From Pseudomonadota bacterium (GTDB lineage Bacteria > Desulfobacterota > Desulfobacteria > Desulfobacterales > C00003106), in contig JBDRFJ010000121.1 of the NCBI GenBank assembly GCA_043818915.1, positions 1 through 32,894 on the forward strand: a stretch of 32,894 nucleotides of DNA, read 5' to 3'. Numbering within the stretch: the first letter of the stretch is position 1; each line of letters starts with the position of its first letter. Made by a program: the position numbers and the translations under genes. Shown here piece after piece: positions 8,586 through 17,291 of the stretch. The notes beneath the pieces are model-generated. The model ran no database searches and was not told where the DNA came from. It saw only the letters and a program-made list of their open reading frames with translations.

Positions 8586-9809
8586 TTAAAATTCACTCCC
8601 CAGGCGCCTTGGAAACAAAAGTTTATTGCATTCCTTTAGAAAATATTCGTCTGTCATGCCGGCGATATAGTCTCTTGCAATCTCAGGGTTTGAGGTGTTC
8701 GCGCTATAGAAATCATCCATGTTGTCGAGAAAACGACGGAAGATCTTTGAATCCGCCCTTTGTTTTTCAAGACCACTTAGATATTGTTCAAACAATACTT
8801 TAAAAAGATGCTCTATCTTGCCGGAATCCGGTCTTATTTTTGAATTAAGATAAATATATTTCAGATTGAATTCCTTTAGTTTTTTAACCACTTCTGAGAC
8901 CTCCTGACTAAAGGCTGCATATGGTTGCTGAAAGCTGTTTTCAATTACGTCTTCCACTAATTTGTAGACTATAGTCCCGTTGGCATCACCCAGACGCGCA
9001 ACAACATCTCTTGGAATATCGGCTCGTTTAATTAGACCGAGGAGTATGGCATCCTCTATATCCCTCCCGATATAACTAATGGTGTCGGCTATGCGAACAA
9101 CACATCCTTCAAGGGTCATAGGAACGAGGTCAAGGTCGGGATTTGTATATTTTTCAAGAAGTTCTCGGTCAAACATCTCAAAGGTTTTCTTGTGAATCGC
9201 CTGGAGCCTGTCGCTGTGGACTTCGCCGTCATGACACATAATACCGTCCAATACCTGAAGCGACAGGTTCCACCCCTTCCCTTGTCTTTCAATTTTTTCA
9301 AGGAATCTGACACTCTGAAGGTTATGCTGAAATGGGCCGATTCCGTGCGCTACGCACAGTTTTGATAAATAGGTTTCGCCGTCGTGCCCAAATGGAGAAT
9401 GACCTATGTCATGCCCTAAGGCGATCGCCTCAATGAGGTCTTCATTCAGACCTAAGAATCGACCGATTGTTCTTGAAATCTTTGATACGAGCTGCACATG
9501 AAGAACTCTGTGAGTAATTTGATCGTTGTCTACAAGGGAGAAAACCTGGGTCTTGTCAATGTAACGGGTATAAGCGGCAGAATGAAGGATGCGGTCTGAA
9601 TCAACTGAAAATTCCTGACGATGCCCCTCTTCAATCCGCGGATCAGGGGCACGTCTCAGTGCATCCCTGCTCAGCGTGGCATGGGGTGAGAGATTTTTTT
9701 CCTCTCTGTCATTTAAATGCTTTTTTATATCTCTTAAATCAATCATAATAAATTCGTAACTACTCAGGTTGTTAGGTTCACGGTTCACGGTTGGGCTATA
9801 TGTACTCAA
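8586..9809 (-). CDS. dGTPase-like HD-domain phosphohydrolase (deoxyguanosinetriphosphate triphosphohydrolase-like)
   Basis: Carries the HD motif (ALGHDIGHSPFGHDGE) and HRVLHVQLV, with typical dGTP triphosphohydrolase-like architecture. The start may be the internal ATG at 9746 (MIDLRDIKK...), because the first ~20 codons are encoded by a palindromic repeat. Confidence 0.8.
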   Translation of the reverse strand: MSTYSPTVNREPNNLSSYEFIMIDLRDIKKHLNDREEKNLSPHATLSRDALRRAPDPRIEEGHRQEFSVDSDRILHSAAYTRYIDKTQVFSLVDNDQITHRVLHVQLVSKISRTIGRFLGLNEDLIEAIALGHDIGHSPFGHDGETYLSKLCVAHGIGPFQHNLQSVRFLEKIERQGKGWNLSLQVLDGIMCHDGEVHSDRLQAIHKKTFEMFDRELLEKYTNPDLDLVPMTLEGCVVRIADTISYIGRDIEDAILLGLIKRADIPRDVVARLGDANGTIVYKLVEDVIENSFQQPYAAFSQEVSEVVKKLKEFNLKYIYLNSKIRPDSGKIEHLFKVLFEQYLSGLEKQRADSKIFRRFLDNMDDFYSANTSNPEIARDYIAGMTDEYFLKECNKLLFPRRLGSEF

Positions 9810-9862
9810 CGTCCGGGGTGATATAAAGACCGCAGTTTAACCTTGAACCGTGAACCCGGAAC
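9775..9862. repeat. Imperfect palindromic element with tandem GGTTCACGG units in its arms
   Basis: 9775-9792 ggttcacggttcacggtt versus 9839-9862 aaccttgaaccgtgaacccggaac (reverse complement match), with a 46-bp spacer. The left arm overlaps the annotated 5' end of the dGTPase-like ORF. Confidence 0.7.
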
Positions 9863-9896
9863 TTGAAACCTGATAGGAATTACAATGGAATACATT

Positions 9897-9938
9897 CAAT
9901 TCCTCAATCCCTCAATTCGCAATCCCTAAATTTCATTT
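9897..9938. repeat. Third copy of the AATTCC..AATCCCT..AATT dispersed motif. It overlaps the stop codon of the ATP-grasp gene.
   Basis: caattcctcaatccctcaattcgcaatccctaaatttc shares the AATTCCT/AATCCCT/AAATT blocks with 8129-8226 and 30192-30223. Confidence 0.6.
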
Positions 9939-10702
9939 CTCTCAATCATCTCATCTACAAGCCGATAATAATTGATTCCAGCCTTCTTGAACCCCTTTTT
10001 TCCATACTTCATATTCGCCTCAAGTACCCAGTAGCGCCCCCCGGCAAAACATATGTCAAGACCCACGTCGTCAAAACGACACAGCCTGGCTGTGTTGAGC
10101 GCCAAATCAAGGCCTTCCTCCGGTATATTATCGAAACTGATCTCCCCTCCCAGGGATACGTTGGTACGAAAGTCGCCTTCCGGAGCGATACGCCAATATG
10201 CATGAATTATGCGATTTCCCATAATCACCACACGGAGGTCACGATCGAATTCAAGATACTCCTGGATATAGGCCACGTGCGTTAATTGGATATAATCGGC
10301 AAGTTCCTGTTTGTCACGGATCAAGTAAACGCCTTTTCCGAAAGCCGATCCCCTTGGGATTTTGCCAATGAGCGGGAATTGAAAGCGATTAAGGATACCT
10401 CCCTTTTGACGATTCCCATAGAAAAAGCGTGTCTTTGGGTGAGGAATATCCAGAAGCCGAAACAGGGTGGTCTGTTTGATCTTGTCCTGCGTAAATTTGT
10501 ATGTATGATAGGTGGGAAAAGTTCGCTTTCCTATGGTGTCGAATATGTCAGCGTAAAAAGCAGTGGGATAGTATATAACAGAAGAATTTCGTATTAATTC
10601 CTTTTCCCAATCTTTGTAATCGGAAAAATTAGGACGTACCCCGAGTGTAATGACGTTCTTGCAGCGGTTTAAACGATATTCAAGCGCAACGTTTCTTTCC
10701 AT
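9926..10702 (-). CDS. ATP-grasp family ligase (RimK/glutamate-ligase-like)
   Basis: 258 aa with an ATP-grasp fold pattern: FPLIGKIPRGSAFGKGVYLIRDKQEL, RVVIMGNRIIHAYWR, and YWVLEANMKYG near the C-terminus. Confidence 0.65.
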   Translation of the reverse strand: MERNVALEYRLNRCKNVITLGVRPNFSDYKDWEKELIRNSSVIYYPTAFYADIFDTIGKRTFPTYHTYKFTQDKIKQTTLFRLLDIPHPKTRFFYGNRQKGGILNRFQFPLIGKIPRGSAFGKGVYLIRDKQELADYIQLTHVAYIQEYLEFDRDLRVVIMGNRIIHAYWRIAPEGDFRTNVSLGGEISFDNIPEEGLDLALNTARLCRFDDVGLDICFAGGRYWVLEANMKYGKKGFKKAGINYYRLVDEMIERNEI

Positions 10703-10729
10703 TCAACCACGAAAAATCCCGGTTTTAAT

Positions 10730-12127
10730 TTACTTTTTAAAATCCTTGGGGCTCAGGTTATATTTTTTAAGTAGATTGTAAAAGTCTGCCCGATACTTTG
10801 AGGCCATCTCTGACGCCCTGGTTACATTTCCTTTGGTTAGCTCAAGCAGATTAATCAGATAACCTTTTTCGAACTCCCCCTTGGCATCTTTCAATGATTT
10901 TGGTTGCAGTTCGTTTGGGACAATGTTTTTATGCGGCAAAACATCTTCTTCTGTAATTACATTCTTTGTGTTCATTGCAACCGCATATTCAATAGTATTT
11001 ACCAGCTCCCGTACGTTTCCGGGCCAATCATGAAGCATCAGTTTCTGAATAGCTCCCGGTGTAATGTCGGAGATATCTTTTTTCATCTCTTTGCTGTATT
11101 TTTTCAAAAAATGTTTAGCTAAAGCCGGTATATCTTCCTTTCTTTCCCTCAGCGGAGGCAGACAAATAGGAATAACATGTATTCGATAAAAGAGGTCTTC
11201 TCTAAAAAGTCCGTTTTTTACCTCTTTTACAAGGTCCTTATTGGTTGCCACAATCAATCTTGCATCTACATCTACTGGTTTTTCCGCCCCTACCGGATGG
11301 AACTGGTGGACCTCTAATACTCTTAACAGCTTTGCCTGAAGAGAGGGAGACATCTCCCCGACTTCATCAAGAAACATTGTCCCACCGTGAGCCTGTTCAA
11401 AGAGTCCACGCTTATTTCGAACAGCGTTAGTAAATGCCCCTTTTTTATAGCCAAAGAGTTCGCTTTCAAGGAGAGTATCGGGTATGGCGGCACAGTTTAC
11501 AGCCACAAAAGGGTCTTCCTTTCTGTGACTGCTCAAATGGATTGCTTTGGCGATCAACTCTTTTCCTGTACCGCTTTCACCATGCAGATAGATGGTAGAA
11601 TCGGTCTGCGCAATGCGGGCCACCTGCTGGAGCACATTCCGCATTTTCTCGCTTCGGGTCACGATATTTTTAAAATCATACTTTTCCTCGAGGCTACCCT
11701 CCAGTATCTTAATTTCTACAGCCAGCTTGCGTTTTTCCAGCGCTTTTTCGATATGAGAAAGGAGGTCCCGCGCATCAAACGGTTTTAAGAGGTAGCTGTA
11801 AGCCCCTCTTTTCATTGCATCTACCGCATTTTCAACACTGCCATGAGCGGTGAGAATGATAACCGGAAGATCCGGATTTATCGCATGAAGCTCCTCCATT
11901 AAACTGATCCCATCCGTACGCATCAATTTCAAGTCGACAATTGCGAGGTTAAAAACATGCTTTTGGGCAAGCTCAAGCGCCGCGTCTTCCTTCTGTGATA
12001 TTACGGCTTCATATTTTGCCGCCTCTATCCTTGTTTTCAACAGTTCGAGAAGGTTCTTATCGTCATCCACGATTAAAATTTTTCCAAGCGACATATTACT
12101 CAGTCCATTCTTTTTTCTTTTTTTCAA
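10730..12127 (-). CDS. Sigma-54-dependent response regulator (NtrC family: REC plus AAA+ sigma-54 activation plus Fis-type HTH)
   Basis: Receiver region (ILIVDDDKNLLELL...VDLKLMRTDG), Walker A (GESGTGKE), the GAFTNA motif (sigma-54 GAFTGA equivalent), and a C-terminal HTH (GNVTRASEMASKY). Its start overlaps the end of the upstream TPR gene. Confidence 0.93.
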   Translation of the reverse strand: MKKRKKNGLSNMSLGKILIVDDDKNLLELLKTRIEAAKYEAVISQKEDAALELAQKHVFNLAIVDLKLMRTDGISLMEELHAINPDLPVIILTAHGSVENAVDAMKRGAYSYLLKPFDARDLLSHIEKALEKRKLAVEIKILEGSLEEKYDFKNIVTRSEKMRNVLQQVARIAQTDSTIYLHGESGTGKELIAKAIHLSSHRKEDPFVAVNCAAIPDTLLESELFGYKKGAFTNAVRNKRGLFEQAHGGTMFLDEVGEMSPSLQAKLLRVLEVHQFHPVGAEKPVDVDARLIVATNKDLVKEVKNGLFREDLFYRIHVIPICLPPLRERKEDIPALAKHFLKKYSKEMKKDISDITPGAIQKLMLHDWPGNVRELVNTIEYAVAMNTKNVITEEDVLPHKNIVPNELQPKSLKDAKGEFEKGYLINLLELTKGNVTRASEMASKYRADFYNLLKKYNLSPKDFKK

Positions 12128-12908
12128 GTTCGATATCGACCTGTTTCATCTTCTCAAGAATTTCCAGTACTCCTATCCATATTTTTGCCCGTTCCACCAT
12201 CGGACTTTTTGGATGGTTTGACACAAGCTCTTTGAAGTAGCCAAGAGATTTTTCATAATCTCTCTTTGCGTTCCCATAATGCGAATATACTAATCCTAAC
12301 ACAAAAAGGGCCTCATCTTTTGGCGAATCCTCTCCGGTCAAATCAAGAATTTTTTGGCTTTCCGCTATGGCCCTTTCATAGTCTTCCCGGCCTAAAAGCT
12401 CTTCGGCATGATCAAGAAATCCCCCTATCTGTTCCTCGTATCCAAGAGGTTTCTCAAATTTTCTTTTCTTTGTTTTTTCAATTAGTTGAAGTGTATCTAT
12501 CCATATCCTGGACTCCTCGACCAAAAGACTTTTAGGATAATCTGATACGACCTTTCTGAAATAGGCAAGAGATTTTTCATAGTCTTTTTTTGCCTTTCCA
12601 TAATGTGCATAGATCAATCCCAAGGTGAACAGAGCCTTGTCTCCCGGCGATTTATCGCCTGCTAAATCCAGTGATCGTTGGCTCTCCTGTGCCGCCTTTT
12701 CAAAATCGCCCTGTTCCAGAAGTGTCTCCGCACGGGAAAGATGCTCATACGCGCTCCACATGTTTTGTAAGCCCGCGCATGTGGCGCATCCGGAAAAAGT
12801 AAGCAGAATCAAACCGGCAAGGTAAAAGTAAACGTGCTTCCTTGACCCTTCTTGCTTTTTGCCCATATCTTCCCTCCATGGACATTTATAATATTTTTTG
12901 CTATACAA
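12096..12908 (-). CDS. TPR-like lipoprotein with an internal ~100-aa tandem duplication. The probable start is 12866.
   Basis: Lipobox LLTFSGC follows MGKKQEG (second Met). Two near-identical modules occur: DKALFTLGLIYAHYGKAKKDYEKSLAYFRKVVSDYPKS and DEALFVLGLVYSHYGNAKRDYEKSLGYFKELVSNHPKS. It sits between the kinase and the sigma-54 regulator and overlaps both. Confidence 0.75.
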   Translation of the reverse strand: MYSKKYYKCPWREDMGKKQEGSRKHVYFYLAGLILLTFSGCATCAGLQNMWSAYEHLSRAETLLEQGDFEKAAQESQRSLDLAGDKSPGDKALFTLGLIYAHYGKAKKDYEKSLAYFRKVVSDYPKSLLVEESRIWIDTLQLIEKTKKRKFEKPLGYEEQIGGFLDHAEELLGREDYERAIAESQKILDLTGEDSPKDEALFVLGLVYSHYGNAKRDYEKSLGYFKELVSNHPKSPMVERAKIWIGVLEILEKMKQVDIELEKKKKEWTE

Positions 12909-14254
12909 AGTCCTAAACCTGTACCTTCTCTTTTTTTATGATCTTTTATTGATACCTGCTGAAATTTATCGAATATGGAAAATAATTTTTTCTCTGGTAT
13001 GCCAGGCCCTGTGTCAGCTACCGAAACAGTCACCTCATTGTCTGCAGAGTCCGCGCTTACCAATATCTTTCCGCCTTCCGGGGTAAATTTAATCGCGTTG
13101 CCAAGCAAGTTTCTTAATACATGAAGAATACGTTCACGGTTTATATTCACCTCCGGCAATATTCCGGAGATTTTTCCTGTAATCTGTATCTTTTTCCCTT
13201 CTACAAGTGGCTCTGTTTCAAATATTACCTGATTAACAAGTGGGGCAATACTCATTATTTCGAAATCTTCCGGCATCATACCCGCCTCAATTTTTGACAG
13301 ATCGAGGAGAGAATTGACAGAGCGTATCAAACGGTTACTTTCTTCACCGATAATAGTCAAAAGTCTTTTTTGCTTATCTGAAACATTCCCCCCTACCCCT
13401 TCTAATAATAAATTAGTCCCCTCTCTTATCGATGTCAGCGGTGTACGAAGGTCGTGAGAAACATGGGATAAAAAATCGGCCTTCATTTGATCTAACTTTT
13501 TCAGCTTGGCACACATAAAATTAAAAGAAGTTGCCAAATCATTTACTTCAGGCGGAGATGACAAGTCTAAATATCCGTCAAACACCCCGCTTTGAGCTAT
13601 TTTTTTAGTCCGATCTTTCAATAAAGAAAGGGGCTTATTGATACTCTTGGTAATTATCAAAGAAATGAAGAGTCCGACAATCAACGTGGTTATTGTCATA
13701 ACCAAAGACATCTCAGCGGCCCTTTTGCCGGTCGCCTCCAGGATCTTCATTTTCCCGTCGATATTAGCTTGTGTATAAGTATTTAATTCTTTTAAAATAT
13801 CTATTACGCTATTAATATACTCCTGTTTTTCTTCTTTATAAGAAATTCCTGAAAGGTTTTTCCCCTCGTTCAGATATTGCACCTCTTTTTCAAAAAGAGA
13901 AAGATACTCGGAGTGGAATTCCTTTATTCGCCCTATCAAAGCGCCTTGATCCGAGTTAGAATCATAAGAGAGCCCTGAAAGATATCGGACAAAATCCTGT
14001 TTTGCTATCTGAAATTGTTTATAAAAACTTTCGTCTCTCGTGAGAAGATACTTATTTTCATATCGGATCTGGGATAACAATGAGTCTCTAATCTTAGTTA
14101 CATCATTTATCGCAACATTGTCCACGTTAAGGATAAGATGTGTAAGATTGTTGAGACGGTACAGCTGGTAAATCGTATACGTGCTCAAAGCCACAACAAG
14201 CAAAAAAATACTCAGGTAGCCAAGAACAAGACGCTGAAAAATCGTAAGTTTCAT
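12809..14254 (-). CDS. Sensor histidine kinase (periplasmic sensor, HAMP, HisKA, HATPase_c)
   Basis: Two TM segments flank a ~150-aa periplasmic domain. H-box FLSHVSHDLRTPL, N-box LRNLLGNAIKF, and G-boxes DTGPGIP and GTGLGL. Confidence 0.92.
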   Translation of the reverse strand: MKLTIFQRLVLGYLSIFLLVVALSTYTIYQLYRLNNLTHLILNVDNVAINDVTKIRDSLLSQIRYENKYLLTRDESFYKQFQIAKQDFVRYLSGLSYDSNSDQGALIGRIKEFHSEYLSLFEKEVQYLNEGKNLSGISYKEEKQEYINSVIDILKELNTYTQANIDGKMKILEATGKRAAEMSLVMTITTLIVGLFISLIITKSINKPLSLLKDRTKKIAQSGVFDGYLDLSSPPEVNDLATSFNFMCAKLKKLDQMKADFLSHVSHDLRTPLTSIREGTNLLLEGVGGNVSDKQKRLLTIIGEESNRLIRSVNSLLDLSKIEAGMMPEDFEIMSIAPLVNQVIFETEPLVEGKKIQITGKISGILPEVNINRERILHVLRNLLGNAIKFTPEGGKILVSADSADNEVTVSVADTGPGIPEKKLFSIFDKFQQVSIKDHKKREGTGLGLCIAKNIINVHGGKIWAKSKKGQGSTFTFTLPV

Positions 14255-14368
14255 CAGTTGATGGTTTCGTAAAAAGTCTTTTGAAACTGCCTCTTTTGAG
14301 AGTTGAAAAACCTTACTTGTACGTTACAGTATACATTTAGAAGATACAACTATTTTTTGTATGGTGTT

Positions 14369-14533
14369 TTATGAGGCTGTCCGAGAATTCTGATCCTACT
14401 GCAAAAGAGTGAGAAACGGCCCAAATTCCCGCAAGTTTTCGTCAAATAGGCCTGCTATTCTCCTCAAATTTGCGAAAATTTGGGCCGTTTCTCACTCTTT
14501 TTCGTTACGGACATAATTCTCGGACAGCCTCAT
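14369..14533. repeat. 165-bp near-perfect palindrome (65-bp arms, 35-bp spacer), a MITE-like or structured-RNA element in the intergenic region upstream of the kinase operon
   Basis: Left arm 14369-14433 (tatgaggctgtccgagaattctgatcctactgcaaaagagtgagaaacggcccaaattcccgcaa) versus the reverse complement of 14469-14533. The arms share identical 20-nt and 25-nt blocks and are flanked by TA. Confidence 0.8.
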
Positions 14534-14584
14534 AGCGCTGAAATTTGGTAGCTTGTGAGTTCAATCTTGAGAACCTTCTCGGGT

Positions 14585-15754
14585 TCATCTTATACTTTCA
14601 AGATAGGCAAGATCCTGGTCCTGGGTGTTTTTCGTGCCAATGGCCACTATTTTGGTATTCGGTTGATCATCCTGTTGGAAATAAATTCTTCCTGAATAAG
14701 AAAAGTCCACCTCCAGAATATTCATTTTTCCGCCTTTGCCGAATACCCTTCTTTTGACAGATACAAGAGAGACGTCTTCATTGAGCCTGTGTATAATCTC
14801 TTCAGCTTTGAGCTGAAATTCATTGGTGAGTGACAGAAACCCCATAATGGCCCGCTCAGTAAAGACTAAATTTTTATAAAGTGCTTTAAATCTCTTGCCG
14901 GTAGTTTCAACTTTTTTCTTCTTTTTCTTTGGCTTTTGGAGTTTTCCTTTCAAACGACCCAATTCTTCCCTTAATTCCAGCACCTCATATTCAGTTGCTT
15001 CCTTCACGTCTTTTTGGGTATCTAACCCTTCCTCCAGTTTTTCAATCTCTTCCAACAATGCGTCAACATCTTTTGAAAGATCTGTTTTCTCTTTCTTAAG
15101 ACCCGCGATCCTTGTTAAGTAGTCGACCTGGTTGGCTTTCACAGCTTTTAGTCCGTTCTCAGTCTTGCGCAACCGCCTGGTAAGACCCCGAATGACCGTT
15201 TCGTGTTTTGCTTCTTGTCTCTCTGTTTCTCTAATCCCCTTTTTTATAAACCTTTGGACGATTAAGACAAAAATCAAGACGTAAAAAACTATGACGCTGC
15301 TCGACAACAACCCGTAATATTTGATCTCAACATTAACGAGGAGTGTCAGGCCTTCGTTTAAAATTTTGTAGTTTTCCACACTGACTTCCACGTAATTAAG
15401 ATTTTCAGCCTGAAATTCCGAGAAACCGTCTGTTCCCTGGAAGTTTTTGTGATCCATTTCAAACTGGCTTGGATAGAGTATGCGATCATCTTTTGTCTTT
15501 ACCAGTATGTCTATTTTGACACCCAGTTTGTATTTAAGGCATCGGCTTAAATATTCCTCTATATTCCTGTTGATTTCTTCCTTGACTGTGTATCGACCTT
15601 CATAAAGGGCCTCGTCGTTCTGGATAAGGATCTGATTGAGTTGAGATTCCTCATGATTATGAAAGTAGTTTTCCAATACCTGGAGCGTCAGGATATAGCA
15701 TATGGGAGGCAGTAGAATGCTAACCAACAATATTTTGAGGGGAAAACGTTTCAC
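14585..15754 (-). CDS. Hypothetical bitopic membrane protein: two TM segments flank a periplasmic domain, followed by a cytoplasmic coiled coil with a poly-lysine tract
   Basis: TM1 ILLVSILLPPICYIL and TM2 LLSSSVIVFYVLIFVLIV. The coiled-coil region (LEEIEKLEEGLDTQKDVKEATEYEVLELREELGRLKGKLQKPKKKKKKV) precedes a C-terminal ~100-aa domain. No catalytic motif recognised. Confidence 0.55.
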   Translation of the reverse strand: MKRFPLKILLVSILLPPICYILTLQVLENYFHNHEESQLNQILIQNDEALYEGRYTVKEEINRNIEEYLSRCLKYKLGVKIDILVKTKDDRILYPSQFEMDHKNFQGTDGFSEFQAENLNYVEVSVENYKILNEGLTLLVNVEIKYYGLLSSSVIVFYVLIFVLIVQRFIKKGIRETERQEAKHETVIRGLTRRLRKTENGLKAVKANQVDYLTRIAGLKKEKTDLSKDVDALLEEIEKLEEGLDTQKDVKEATEYEVLELREELGRLKGKLQKPKKKKKKVETTGKRFKALYKNLVFTERAIMGFLSLTNEFQLKAEEIIHRLNEDVSLVSVKRRVFGKGGKMNILEVDFSYSGRIYFQQDDQPNTKIVAIGTKNTQDQDLAYLESIR

Positions 15755-15763
15755 TTGTTCCTT

Positions 15764-17044
15764 TTATCTCGAGGCTGCAGGCGCTTCGAGGTTTTTTAAT
15801 ATTCTGTGGGCCTCTTCCGCCAGATGCGGATTGATCTCCATCGCCTTCAGTAAGTCCTGTTTTGCCGGCTTCCGCTCCCCTTTTTCTATCAAGGCCAGTG
15901 CCCTAAAGTAATAACCCATGGCACACCGAGGCCGCCCTTTTACCACCAGGTCGAACCTATTCAAGGCATTGTCAAAGTCCTCTCTGAGCATATACATTCT
16001 TCCTTTTAAAAGATTTGCCGGAAGATATCCCCCGTCTTTTTCAAGAACCTTATCGACCGCGGACTCGGCATCCTTCGTATGTTTAAAGTCAAAATGCAGC
16101 TGCGCAATGCCTGTCATGATATTCAGGTCATCCTTGTTAATGGTTGCTGCTTTTTGCATCGTTTCCAGAGCTTTCTCGTAGGAATTTCTCCGGGCATAAT
16201 AGCCCCCTAAATTCATTAATGGCGTACTCTGTTCCTGAGGTCCATGGTGCACCGCTGCTATATAAGTCTTTTCCGCCTGGTTCCACTGCCCGGTGCTTTC
16301 GTAAAAACGTGCAAGCATGTGGAGGTCCTGATGCTTAGCTCCCAAAGCCTGAATCATCTTCTTCAATACTGACTCAGCCTTTGCCTGCTCCCCCTTCTTT
16401 TGATAAAGCTGGGCCAATTCTATGTAGGAAACGCGCAATTCAGAATCTAAGGATAAGGCTTTCAAGTATGCCTTCTCCGCCTGGTCAAACTCCCCTTTTA
16501 TGACTAAAAGACGAGCAAGGGACAGATATTTTTTGAAATGATGGGGATCAATGGATGCGGCCTTATTCAGCGTCTGTACGGCCGAATCTATATCCTTTTT
16601 CTGAACCTGGACACCGGATAGTAGAATGAGAGCCTCGATGTTATCCGGTAATTTTTCCAGAACAAAGTCGGCCTTTTTTCTTGCTTCTTCAGTTTTCCTG
16701 TCCAGAAGAAAAATATGACCCATTTTCAACTGGGCGTCCAGATTGTCCGGGTTAATGGAGGCCGCATGAGCAAAGGCTTGAAAGGCCTTTTTCCCATGCT
16801 TAAGCTTGAGATAGGCCTCACCCAGTTCATAATAAGCATCATCATTTTCTGGATCGAGCTTAATCGCATGGTTGAACTCAATTAACGCCTCTTTAAATTC
16901 GTTTTTTTCGATGTATTCCCTGGCCCTTTCCAGATGATTGGTCTCTTCCTCTTCCTTGCTTGTGCATCCAACAATGAGAATAAACAGACTCAAGACAATC
17001 GTTAATATGGACAGAAACCCGGCCAGCCGGATAGTATGTTTCAC
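15764..17044 (-). CDS. TPR-repeat lipoprotein
   Basis: Signal peptide with lipobox (ILIVGCTS). Multiple 34-aa TPR repeats (AYYELGEAYLKLKHGKKAFQAFAHAASINPDN and similar). Confidence 0.8.
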   Translation of the reverse strand: MKHTIRLAGFLSILTIVLSLFILIVGCTSKEEEETNHLERAREYIEKNEFKEALIEFNHAIKLDPENDDAYYELGEAYLKLKHGKKAFQAFAHAASINPDNLDAQLKMGHIFLLDRKTEEARKKADFVLEKLPDNIEALILLSGVQVQKKDIDSAVQTLNKAASIDPHHFKKYLSLARLLVIKGEFDQAEKAYLKALSLDSELRVSYIELAQLYQKKGEQAKAESVLKKMIQALGAKHQDLHMLARFYESTGQWNQAEKTYIAAVHHGPQEQSTPLMNLGGYYARRNSYEKALETMQKAATINKDDLNIMTGIAQLHFDFKHTKDAESAVDKVLEKDGGYLPANLLKGRMYMLREDFDNALNRFDLVVKGRPRCAMGYYFRALALIEKGERKPAKQDLLKAMEINPHLAEEAHRILKNLEAPAASR

Positions 17045-17291
17045 GTTTTCTCTTTGCTCCTTTCAACAAACACTGTCGCATTTTATATAAACAAGATACA
17101 AATTAGCTACATTAATGTCAAACCGATTGAAGTACCACACAACCGACAATGGACAACGGGCAAATTTTAACTCAACGAAGCTCCCCATAGCAAGCGGATG
17201 GGGTATAAGAAAGCTTAATTAAACTTAAAGACATTATCCGGCAATACCGATACAAAATAGAAAAATCAAATAAGACGAAGGGGAGGTATTT

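Noticed and set aside
14629-14660. TGGCACG-containing sequence (reverse strand) that looked like a sigma-54 -24 element
   Set aside because: There is no TTGC -12 element at the correct spacing, and it lies inside the 3' coding region of the 14585-15754 gene.
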